From Podarcis pityusensis (taxonomy: Eukaryota), in NCBI GenBank assembly GCA_964106645.2, contig OZ067045.1: a DNA stretch of 64,000 nucleotides. One strand, written 5' to 3'. The position numbers and the translations under genes are program-made. The notes under the pieces were generated by a model. That model saw nothing but the letters and a program-made list of their open reading frames with translations, was not told the origin of the DNA and made no database searches. Below are positions 54,101 to 64,000 of the stretch, piece after piece; the stretch's first letter is position 1, and each line of letters begins with the position of its first letter.

Positions 54101-57100
54101 AGTAGTGCATTAAAGGAGCAGTGTGTTAAAAGCCATGTCTGGCACACTTCCAGGACCATGCAATACATACAATGAGATCTGATCCACCCATCCCATCCTT
54201 CCAGGATTATTCTGCTGAAAGACCCAGGTCAGCTCTTCATCCTCCATGGTTCAATGAAGCATAAAGGAAAGTATTAATTCTTATTTTAAAAAGCATTACC
54301 TCCAAATTTGAGATCTCCTTGCTCTTCCTGTGTGTTTTTCCACTGGACCCAGTTCTTCCAGGCGTTCACCCCATACATATACTTGAGACTCATCCCGGAA
54401 ACGGAACAGCCTGGGTATGAGCTCTGCACAAGCATCCGGGGCTCCACAGCTACTATGGACTTCTTCCTCCCCTGAAGGAAAACCAAAGTGTGTGCAAGGG
54501 CCCAACAAAGGCATTGCTTGGCTTAGTCACAGAGGGAGGTAAATGGTTTCTGGACCAAATACACCTCCGGTAAGCCATCTATCTTCGGGATTGGCAAGCA
54601 GTGGCCAAATCAGGAGCATCGTTTCTCCTCCTCAAAGTATGCTGATGAAATCAGTGCCTATGGAACTTGATGATGTTTGGGGAATGAAGATCCTGGCCTG
54701 CCACTGTCCTTAAATCCTCCCTTGGAAGGGAGAAGGTGACCAAGAAGAACCACATGACGGGATGGGGGAGCAAATGCATCGGAAGTTGCATTACCTGTTT
54801 CCTATTCCTGCTCTCAATTGAGACACAGTTTTGTGGGCGAGAAACTAAAGAGACATATGCGATCTCCACACTCCTGACCTCAACTAGGGGCTTTTCTCTG
54901 AGAAGGGGCAAATGAGGAAGGGAAACTTTGGGGTGGGGTAGGAGAGAGTCAAGAAGCCTGGGGAAATGGAGGAAGGCCCTTCACCCTGAATACCTCACCC
55001 CAAAATGTCGTAGGCTTGTAACAAATAAGCAGCAAGAAAAGCAACAGCGCTCCTTACCCTCCTTTTTGGCTGTGGAAAACCGTCTCTGTGTCTCCGCCTT
55101 GCTCGCGCACGTGAGTGAAGACCCAGCCCTTTGCTGATCGGGTCAAAGGAGTCTAGTTTTTAAACAAAAGCAGAGATTTAGTGGGAAAGTTGCAGCAGCA
55201 AGAGCTGTGCTGCCAACTGGTACCTCCCGGGATAGCAGGCTGCTCCCAGAACAGAGGGCGAGGGTTAAAAAGTTACCAGCAGCATGGGGGCAAAAGGCCC
55301 ATAGCACATTCCACACCCAAGAGCCTTTTCTTCTGTGGCTGACAAACCTGAAGGGAAATCAGCCTCCAGGTCCTGCTCCAGCTCTCCTTTGGAGAATTGC
55401 CTCGGCTCGGGCTCAGGCTCAGGCACCGTATTTGAGCGTAAGGCATAGTGGTTCAGCTCCTCCTCCCAGCTGTGAGGGGTCGACACTGCTTCGGACTCTA
55501 AGTCGCCACTGTATGTGCTGCCTTGGTCTGTAATTGAGAGGGGAGAGAGACAGGTGGTGCTCAGGAAGAGAAGCCCAGCAGGCAGAGACAGAGCACAGCC
55601 TATTAGGACATTCAAGGATGTGAGGAGTCACGAGCCCGGCTGCCTTTGGCAAGCAAGAGCCACAGAATTCTACAAGAGTCAAAAGGGAAGCATAGTCCAC
55701 CCCCATGGCTCAATGGAAAACTGACACCTAGAGGATCTCAAACAGGTGGCTGTCCAGTCTCTGCTTGAAGACCTCAAGCAAGGGAGAAGCCACCTTTGCC
55801 CCGTGGTATTTCTTTTCATTGTGCTCTGCTTTCAAAGTGTCTCCCAAATGTTCAACCAAATATTTACCCAGCTGTAACTTAAGAACAAATTAAGATTAGA
55901 TCTGGTTCTGTCCTGTGGGTCCTGTCTGCTAACTATGCAGAGAAACATTATAAAAGCTGATGCGCTTTTACATGCTCACTCCCCAAGTAAGGTATGAGTG
56001 GAGGGGGGTCTCATACTGGGCATGCATATATAATCAGTGCAGTTTTGAAATCAATGCTTCAAATCAATGTGTTTTCAATAGGTTCAGTCCGCCATTTTGA
56101 TTCAAAATAGTATCCAATTATATCCAAACACAGACAGAAGGCTGCTCCTCAATCTCAGGATCCATCATGCAAAATTTGGTTACGATACCTGTTCACATAG
56201 TGAACAAGCTACTTTCCAAAATTATACAGTAAATGTGAGTGTATTTGCTAAGTGGAGCAAGTAAGCACCAACCTTTTTCAAATATCTTAGGGTCGAGGAA
56301 CAGCTCATGCTCAGATGTTTGAGAGCCTGAAACAAGTGAAGGAAAAAATACAGGTATACCAACACTGCCAGACCAAAAGCACCAACCACCGAAAACATTG
56401 ACTCTATATGCAACTACCATGTACTAAGACAGACCACTAGTACACCTATCCCACGACTGCCAACTTTGAATAGCAATAGCTTCCCAGGACCTCAGGCAGA
56501 GAAAGGTCCTCCTGACCTTTATAGCTGGAGGTGGTGTGAACTGAACCTGGACTTTCTGCATGCAAAGCAGGTGTTCTAACACTGAGCTCAAGCCTGTTCA
56601 GGGCTAAGTGTCAGTCAGGATGCCTAATCTTGCCTAATTTCCTTTATTTAAAGCATTTATAAAGCAGCTTTCATACATTATTTCCAGGCATTTGACTTAA
56701 ATGGGCTAGTGGTAGGCATGTAAAACTTCATGAGGGAGAACAGCTCCTACCTACCCCTCCCATAAAGCTATTTTTGTCCTTCTCCTCCCCCCACCTCAAC
56801 AGCCCCGACTCCAGATTCCCCTAGAATATATGAGTTGTTGAAAACTGTTTAGTGGCAGAATTGCTTCAATTCGCAAAACTGGAAGGGGGTAGATTACTCC
56901 ATTTCAATGTGGCCTTCTCTTTGGGAGATTTATACAGAACCCTTCTGATAGAATCAAACGGAAAACCTAACACAGTCCAGAATAAGCCTATGAAATAGAA
57001 ATCTGGGTGTATAAATACAACTTCCCCAGGAAGGTTCCCTCCCCAACCCCTCCACTGCAGTCACTCTCCCCTCCTCTCTTTCTCCCACCCCCATTCACCA

Positions 57101-59765
57101 GCTCCTCAGGTTTCCCTTAAAAAAAAAAAAAAAAGCCTTGCACCTCCTCTAGAGTGTTCTTTATCCTTCTCATCCTCTGCGATCATTTCTGCCATCTGGA
57201 GGAGATCTGCCTCAAATGCGTTGGCGGAGCTCTTCTCCTTGATGTCTGGAATGGTTTCTATTGCCTTGCCAGTATTCTCCGGGGCAGATGGAACCAACAT
57301 AGGAACTGGGACCTGGGGGTGGGGGAGAGGTTTGATTTGTGCAGATGAAAAGATCCTATAGCAGGGAACACACAACAACATTTTGTGGGTAGAACACACA
57401 CAAAGAAGAAGGCTCCATGGGGAGGAGGGCAAGCTAGAGAAATATTCTCTGGGTGATGCATATCAGTAACAAATACACACAACTCCCCTTGCATCCTACC
57501 AGCTTTCAAAGCTGTAATTGCCCATCTTGAGCCTCCTCAAACAAGGTCCTTGCCATCTCTAGAGAATCCTGTCTCTGATGGGTTATCAAGCAAAGGTAAA
57601 CATTTTTAAACTGTTGGCTTCAGTTAAGAGCCAGCCACTAACTGGGTGTAAGCAAGGCCTATCCCATGATCCCTACTAGGTGGAGGCCATGGTTTATTTT
57701 CCACCTCTCAGACCTCTAAAGAAAAGGTGGGCAACAAACAAACTCACCAATTTCCAGAGGACCTCTTAGTGCCTCTTGGTTGCTGGGATTTCTTCAACTA
57801 TGGAAACCCTGGTCTGATCCAGCAAGACAATTCTGATACTCTTTTGCTGGAGTACATAGCATCCCTTAACACAATGATGCCTTTGGTGTTAAGAGATTAG
57901 GAAGCTGCCTAATACTGAGTCAAGACCATTTGTCCTCTACTGTTGACACTGACTGGCAGTAGCTTTCCAAGCTTTCAGGTAGGCGTCTCTCCCACTGAGC
58001 TGTCCCCAGATCATGAGTGCAATGAACTGACTTGCACTGGATGTTGGGCTTACTTCAGCCCCACCACAGACACTCATGCTGAGACATTCGGCATTGTCCA
58101 GGCTGGCCACAAGCTGACCCAATGAGCTCAACCTTCAAAGCCACTGTACGAAAGCCAAGGTGCCAAACACATCACTTACGGGTATTGGCATTCCCAGCGG
58201 AACTGGTGTGTATTGGGTGAAGAGGTGGAGAGGAACTGGCACAAACACTGGTACAGGAACAGGCACCATGATTATTTTGGGTGGAACTTCTTCTTCTTCT
58301 TCTGTTATGTTAAAAATAAAAGGCATGATCCTTGGAGAAGAGAAGCCAGCTGTTCATTCATCTCTCTCAACAGGCTGTTAACTTTTCTTTGCTAACCACA
58401 ACTGCTGCTCCTAACACACCACCCCTTTCTACGTGGATGCATCCACATATGTTCTCTGAGACTCCTCTGTCCATGCCATTCTTACGTGATTATTCCAAGC
58501 CAGGGAACACAGCAGATGACCAGGCCAGCCTTTGTCAACCTAGTGTCCATCAGACGTTTTGGACTATAACTCCCATCAGTCCAAGGCAGCATGGTTGTAA
58601 TGCAAGTTGTAGTTCAAAACATCTAGACGGTACTAAGTTGGCCAAGGCTGAAAGCTTTCTTTTGCCTTTTTGTAAACTTAAAACCCTAATAAATACTATT
58701 TAAAAAAGAAAAAAGAAAGCTTTCTGCTGAAAGTCAGCTTGATTCTGTGCTGGAATTTTCACTTGTTCATGGGTTGCCATAAACAAAGGGGGAAGATGTG
58801 AGTCAAAATTCATTATGGGTTTGATTGCTGGGGCTGCCCTGGTCTCTACTACACTTATTCACACATACAGAAGATGGTTGTATCATACATAAGAAATGCA
58901 TACATGGGATACAGAAGACCATTTACCACTAATGGTGGGACTTTGACTACAGAGGAAGATATGCCCTCCACGCACTGGGCAATGCCACCTAATTGGGCCT
59001 CTAAAATTAAGGTACTACTTTCCTAATGTAAGGACCATGATGTTTCTCTTAACGTCTGCTCTCTGGCTTGCAAAGTCCCAGCATATTGCACTGGTAGAGA
59101 ATCCACTGAGAGAAATCCAAATAACTACTTGTTTTTACATTTCCAAAGAGAAATATATCATTGCTTCTTTCTCCCTGGAACCTTTAGTGCAAAAGAAGGC
59201 TCCAGTTCTAGGCTGACTAATGCCTTGAACAGAAATACTCCCCTGGGTACTATGCACTGCAATATGGTATTGAAGGTCTGTTTTTTAAAACCATTGCTGA
59301 ATGGAACTTTTTCATCTTCTACAGCTGCATCCAATACGCTCCCCTACTTGCTCACTACTGCGTGATATTTTAGCTGGTCACAACAAAAAGCGCTTACACA
59401 AGTTTTTACATTCACATCTCTCTGTCTCCCTCTCAGAACAACTGCACATACCTGTCTGGCATTCCTTGTGTTGCGTATGAGGCTTGCAAGAGGTGGCCTT
59501 GGTCTGTGTTATAGGCTTGCACAGTAAGGCTTTGTTCTTGAGAAGTCGGGGAGGCTGGGAAGGAGGAAGCTTCAAAGCATCCGTCTGAGTACTTGCCTGG
59601 TTCAGGGCAGAAAATGAGGTACAATAACTCTTTGCTGCCTTTTGTAAATGTCATGCTAAGATCAGCTAGTCCTAGTTACCAGTCCACTAAGCCGCCACTT
59701 CTTCCACTGCCTCTACACCTCCCCCTCTACATACAGTGCAAAAGTGCCCAAAGACTTTGAGCAGT

Positions 59766-59835
<70 letters not shown>

Positions 59836-62800
59836 GAAAAAAAATATAAATAAATACTTTACTAGATGTCCCAAAAAATTTCTTGAAAAACTTACATCTC
59901 CAATAATTTTTGCTGTCACAGTAGGAACTGCACCTGTTAAAGGGGGAGGGAAAGCAGGAAATTTGTTTGCCGCTCTTCAGAATATCATGACTAGTTCTAG
60001 TTTCTGGGGATTACAAAAAGGGGGCATTAAGCAACTTTCTTAGGGCCATGCTTGTTGCTTTCCACAACAACAAAATGTAAATTTGCATAGATGTGTATGT
60101 GTGAGAGACACACACACACACCAGGAAGTGCATTTATCGCTGCCTTACCTTGCAAAACATTGTTGGAATTGGCTGTGGGCTGGGCAGCAGGAGCACTGGC
60201 CAGGGACACCACGTTTGCTATAACTGGAGTAGAATCCTTCCTGAGAGACGGAGGGGGCCCCACCGAGGACGTTGGTGCCATGGAAAGATTTGCTGGGTAG
60301 AGGAAGCAGAGTGAGTTGAAGTAGTGTAATGTGAACGACACAAGTAGACAATATTTATACGTCAATCACTCTATTTCTCTGCAGATGCAGCAGTTAGGTC
60401 ATACGTACATTTGCACCCCTTAACTATACTTTACCCACTCTATCATACTGGCAATGAAAATAGTTAGAAATGAAATCTCATTGTTGCTAATTGTCAGTGA
60501 CCTTCCCAATTTAGACCTATTTGAACCATATCACTGTGCATACTTGAGCTTTTTAAAAAATTAGCTTGTTTCGTCTGGTCACAAAATAACACACAATAGA
60601 AGATTAATTAAATTGTAGACGTAGTGATAGTCAAACACCTTTTATCTGGAATTAATGGCAGCCTGCTAAGCACATTTCCTTGTGGAAAGTCAATTAAAAT
60701 GTTCATCGGCCAAACCCTGTTATCTTTATAGCTTTGAAAACTAAAATAGTGACTTGAGTTGGGGGAAAAGGAACTTTGAGCAGATATGACTTTATGCCAG
60801 GACTGGATGATTTTATCCAGGATGTGAGTCTCCTTTTTGTTCAGAAGAATACAAAATACCAATATGGCTGCAATCCTACACTCACCTGCCTGGAAATAGC
60901 ATACTGTCCCAATCAAGGGAAGTGCAGTGGTGCCTCGCAAGACGAAAAGAATCTGTTCCGCGAGTCTCTTCGTCTTGCGGGTTTTTTCGTCTTGCAAAGC
61001 AAGCCCATTAGCGGTTTAGCGGATTAGCGCTACAGTATTAGCGGCTTAGCGGGCTTAGCGGATCAGCTGATAAGCGGCTTAGCGATCAGCTGTTAAGCGG
61101 CTTAGCGATCAGCTGTTAAGCGGCTTAACGATAAGCTGATAAGCGGTTTAGCGGCTTGGGGAAAGGGGGGGGGGAGGAAAAAAACCCCGCAGGAACTCGC
61201 AAGACATTTTTGTCTTGTGAAGCAAGCACATAGGAAATTCGTTTTGCGCAGCACCTCCAAAACGGAAAACCCTTTTGTCTAGCGGGTTTTCCGTCTTGCG
61301 AGGCATTCGTCTTGCGGGGCACCACTGTAATAGTCCTGCTTTTTAGACCACACCTGGAGTACTGTGTCCAGTTCTGGGAACCACAATTTAAGAAAGATAT
61401 GGACAAGCTGGAACATGTGCAGAGAAGGGTTACCAAGATGATCAAAGGTCTGGAAACCAAGCTCTATAAGGAATGGTTAAGGGAATTGGGTATGTTTAGC
61501 CTGGTAAAGAGGAAACTGAGATGAGAGGTGATGGCCACCTTCAAATATACAAAGGGCTGTCAAATGGAAGATGGAGCAAGTTTGTTTTCTCCTGCTCCAG
61601 AAGCTAGGACCCAAACCAATGGTTTTAAGTTACAAGAAAGGAGATACCAACTAAACATCAGGAAGAACTTTCTGACAGTAAAAGCTGTTCAACAGTGGAA
61701 AAGCCTCCCTTGGGAGGTGATGGATTCTCCTTCACTGGAGGAGTATTGGTTGCAATCTGTTCCTATCACCAGCCTAGTCCAGCTAGATTCATGTCCAGTC
61801 TGCTGTTCAGTTGAAAGAAACACAAAGGAAGCACCCCTAGGCATGCTTTTTCATTGATATGGGATTTGCCTGTAGCTGATGTCCCTACAGCTTCCCTGGC
61901 ATCCATAATAGCAGCAGGCCTTCTTTTACCTGTATTGTTCTGAGGTGGGGGTGGGGGTGGCGGCGGTGGAGGAGGTGGAGGTGGCGGTGGATCTGATGCG
62001 CACTGCTGATTGCAAAACATCAAAATGCAAAGCAAGTTGCAAAAATGCTTAATTTCCCCTCGCCATTTCAAGGACTCGCCAAGTTTGCCCTGCCTTTTGC
62101 AGCTGTCACATTTGGACATCTACAAAGAAGAGAAAAAGAGAGTACAATGTGCATATTGTTATTTTTAAAAAGTAAAAAAAAAATATTGTTCATACATATC
62201 TGACTGCTTTTCTCAAATGACTTTCTTATTGTAGTTTGTTTGCATCCTGTGAACAATCCTGCTGACACAAATAATATATGGCCTCCATGCCACTGAGGTC
62301 ACCTAAGCCTCAAGTGTCAGCAAAGGATCCAAAAGTACCCTCAAGCTACATACCCACTCCTTCAGAGGGATCGTAGCCCCATCAAGAGCAGGCAGCCTCC
62401 CATCCATCCACTCTAGGAAACCACCCACTAACAGTGCTGCAGTCTTATCTGGAATGAGCTTCAGTTTGTTGGCTCTTATCCAGTCCGTTACCAAGGCAAG
62501 ACCATCGGTCCAGCACATCCACTGCCATCCCTGCAGATGTAAAGGAGTAGAGCTTTTGTGTCACCAGCATATTGCTGACAATGTACTCCAGAACTTTGGA
62601 TAACTCCACTCAGAAGCTTCATGCGGAGGTTAAACAGCTTATGTAAGGAATTAAGGAACTGAAGATTGCTTTGAGGCCCACCAATAAGGCTGAAGCAAGC
62701 TCTGAAACCCCACATCCAAACTCAATACATCTGTACAACAGATCTCACATAAGAGACTTGCTTTCTATCTAGAATTTTAATTTTTAAGACATGTTTGAAC

Positions 62801-63571
62801 TCCAGGGCAGCTTACCTGATAAAACAAAACTGTGAATTTTGACATGCAGTCTTCTGAACAGAACTCTTCCACCTTGCCCCCAAAATGATTCTGAACCAGC
62901 TTGGGAGATGTCTGCAAACAGTAGCTGCACATCTTACAGTGGTTCCCCCAACGTTTGGCTAAGTCGTGCTTATACAGCAGCTTGCAGCCTGGAACAGCAC
63001 AAGAGAACAAACAGCAATCAATTAAGATTTCCCCTCTATGCCAGTTCTCAAAGTAGGACAATATACACAAATAACAGGCAGCACAGACATCCCTTGTGAA
63101 CAAAGCAGCCACAAGCAGTAACATATGGCTACTGCCTAAACACTACTTTGTGACATACTGACTTAAAAATAAGCAACAGGTTATTTTGCCCTTGTAATTA
63201 ACAGACTAGCTCCTCAATGAATTGGATAAATTTAGATCCCAAACCATGTGGTTTTACAACCCTTGTCAAAATGTAACCTCAAATTCACATTTCGGGATTG
63301 AGGATTGCTAAATCCTCAATAGAGCCCTGTTCCTGTGGCAATAGGAAGCTCCAAGGTCTTGGAACAAAATGCCTTGGGACTGAAGTTTGAAATACACAAT
63401 CCAGATCTGTCCCTTCTTACCCTCACTACAGAATGACTTGTCAATGCCTGAGAATCGCACAGTCTCTTTGATAATCTTCTCAATCTTGCAGTATTCACAC
63501 ATCGACATGACACAATTTATCTTCTTATACTCATCGCAGCAGGTCTTGCCACAGAACTGGAACATTTTGCC
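47920..63571 (-). CDS. ZMYM4: Zinc finger MYM-type protein 4, 3' portion (17 exons in window; gene continues beyond 64000)
   Basis: Joined exons give 2481 nt in frame: MYM fingers ([37 protein letters not shown]), [37 protein letters not shown]3504 ([45 protein letters not shown]) and C-terminus EDSDPELSD*. These match recalled ZMYM4. Confidence 0.96.
49564..49690 (-). CDS. ZMYM4: ZMYM4 exon, DUF3504 (DKLVGKRKR...[16 protein letters not shown])
   Basis: Acceptor ctctag|, donor GTG|gtgag. 127 nt, phase 1-2. Confidence 0.95.
49852..50329. mobile_element. MITE family C, longer copy with internal duplications
   Basis: ta|ccgtattttt cgctctatagg...cttatagagtgaaaaatacgg|ta. Confidence 0.88.
50456..50704 (-). 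CDS. ZMYM4: ZMYM4 exon, DUF3504 ([23 protein letters not shown]...QKQEVES)
   Basis: Acceptor ctccag|, donor CAG|gtggg. 249 nt, phase 1-1. Confidence 0.95.
51788..51899 (-). CDS. ZMYM4: ZMYM4 exon ([37 protein letters not shown])
   Basis: Acceptor ttgcag|, donor ATG|gtaag. 112 nt, phase 0-1. Confidence 0.95.
53072..53223 (-). CDS. ZMYM4: ZMYM4 exon ([13 protein letters not shown]...YLCLGIQQ)
   Basis: Acceptor ttgtag|, donor CAG|gtaat. 152 nt, phase 1-0. Confidence 0.94.
54300..54471 (-). CDS. ZMYM4: ZMYM4 exon ([12 protein letters not shown]...[17 protein letters not shown]...KFG)
   Basis: Acceptor ttcag|, donor GAG|gtaat. 172 nt, phase 0-1. Confidence 0.94.
55058..55152 (-). CDS. ZMYM4: ZMYM4 exon ([32 protein letters not shown])
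   Basis: Acceptor aactag|, donor AGG|gtaag. 95 nt, phase 1-0. Confidence 0.93.
55348..55527 (-). CDS. ZMYM4: ZMYM4 exon ([30 protein letters not shown]...DLEADFPS)
   Basis: Acceptor ttacag|, donor CAG|gtttgt. 180 nt, phase 1-1. Confidence 0.94.
56273..56326 (-). CDS. ZMYM4: ZMYM4 exon ([18 protein letters not shown])
   Basis: Acceptor tttcag|, donor AAG|gttgg. 54 nt, phase 1-1. Confidence 0.92.
57144..57312 (-). CDS. ZMYM4: ZMYM4 exon (VPVPMLVPS...[16 protein letters not shown]...)
   Basis: Acceptor ccccag|, donor GAG|gtgcaa. 169 nt, phase 0-1. Confidence 0.92.
58180..58301 (-). CDS. ZMYM4: ZMYM4 exon ([27 protein letters not shown]...MPIP)
   Basis: Acceptor ataacag|, donor CCC|gtaagt. 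122 nt, phase 1-0. Confidence 0.93.
59452..59596 (-). CDS. ZMYM4: ZMYM4 exon ([28 protein letters not shown]...ECQT)
   Basis: Acceptor aaccag|, donor CAG|gtatgt. 145 nt, phase 0-1. Confidence 0.94.
59764..59832. repeat. Compound (GT)n(GA)n microsatellite (also (CA)n(GA)n at 25988-26035 and (CT)n at 11216-11259)
   Basis: Read directly from sequence. Confidence 0.95.
59896..59933 (-). CDS. ZMYM4: ZMYM4 small exon ([13 protein letters not shown])
   Basis: Acceptor taacag|, donor GAT|gtaag. 38 nt, phase 1-0. Confidence 0.92.
60149..60292 (-). CDS. ZMYM4: ZMYM4 exon (ANLSM...[23 protein letters not shown]...VLQ)
   Basis: Acceptor cccag|, donor CAAG|gtaag. 144 nt, phase 1-1. Confidence 0.94.
60893..61742 (+). 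mobile_element. CR1 LINE ORF2 3' fragment (interrupted by MITE)
   Basis: Decayed translation [37 protein letters not shown]...[19 protein letters not shown] is typical of the CR1 RT C-terminus. Confidence 0.9.
60925..61327. mobile_element. MITE family B, inserted in a CR1 fragment
   Basis: tg|cagtggtgcctcgcaagacg...cgtcttgcggggcaccactg|ta; internal 23-bp repeats. Confidence 0.88.
61930..62119 (-). CDS. ZMYM4: ZMYM4 exon, last MYM finger plus poly-Pro ([11 protein letters not shown]...P16QNNT)
   Basis: Acceptor tgtag|, donor CAG|gtaaa. 190 nt, phase 0-1. Confidence 0.94.
62300..62620 (-). mobile_element. Decayed L2 reverse transcriptase fragment
   Basis: Minus-strand remnants QQYAGDTK (YADD-like) and [14 protein letters not shown]..., frameshifted. 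Confidence 0.75.
62816..62988 (-). CDS. ZMYM4: ZMYM4 exon, MYM zinc finger ([21 protein letters not shown]...LFYQ)
   Basis: Acceptor ttccag|, donor CAG|gtaag. 173 nt, phase 1-0. Confidence 0.95.
63421..63571 (-). CDS. ZMYM4: ZMYM4 exon, MYM zinc finger ([12 protein letters not shown]...SFCSE)
   Basis: Minus-strand acceptor ttgcag|, donor GAGG|gtaag. 151 nt, phase 0-1. Confidence 0.94.
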
Positions 63572-64000
63572 CTGCAATTAAGCAAGAATACTTTGGTCAA
63601 ACTGAATCCTCCAATGCCTGCCTGATTCAGGAGAGGACATGCCACCTCATCCTTCTTCAGTGGGAATGCAAATTTGCCCACTTCCATTAAATGCAAATTG
63701 GGGCTGAGTAAAAAGCCACCATCCCACAGAAGTGTGAGAAAAGCCTAGAGTAGAATAGTGAGCAGGCCTGGCACCAGTGGCCAGTCAAGCTGGGCCCTGG
63801 CTGAGGCCCAAGAATTCAGAAGAGTCCCTCATTGGCCCAACCTGCTGTCCATCTGCCATGAAACTTGGCTGGTGACCACTATGACTCTGCCTTTTCTGGG
63901 CTCTAAGAACCAAGGGGGTCTTCTTTTCAGAGCCTAGCACTCTCAGGGCCAACATCTTAATGCCAGGCACTGCCTCTGTCATCACTGCAGTTTGTCAAAG

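Noticed and set aside
54640-54720. TGATGA box C-like motifs suggesting a snoRNA
   Set aside because: On the strand opposite the host gene, with no properly placed box D or terminal stem.

Overview
Vertebrate genomic DNA, most likely a squamate (probably a lacertid lizard). This is inferred from two Sauria SINEs, Squam3-like tRNA SINEs, young L2/CR1 LINE fragments and lizard-type MITEs. Two intron-rich genes lie tail-to-tail. (1) MAP7D1 on the + strand: 17 coding exons from 11871 to the stop at 38756, 2489 nt, with consistent splice phases and ending ...PQITEVL*. I did not find the first coding exon; it probably lies upstream of the window. (2) The 3' part of ZMYM4 on the - strand: 17 coding exons from 63571 down to the stop at 47920, 2481 nt = 826 aa + stop, covering the last MYM zinc fingers and the Crypton-derived DUF3504 domain. 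Nearly all entries in the supplied ORF track are spurious or are exon fragments. I cannot support a wholly new multi-gene system. The best leads are: (a) a previously unexplained pair of + strand splice-competent exons between the two genes that could give MAP7D1 an alternative C-terminus or form an antisense transcript to ZMYM4; (b) an in-frame 87-nt candidate cassette exon inside the MAP7D1 microtubule-binding coiled coil; (c) the MAP7D1-ZMYM4 adjacency, which implies an inversion relative to human; (d) a 16-Pro expansion in ZMYM4; (e) a three-level nested transposon stack with intact target-site duplications (TSDs); (f) nested inverted TE pairs across the MAP7D1 pre-mRNA. All comparisons to human proteins, synteny and repeat family names are from memory, not from searches.
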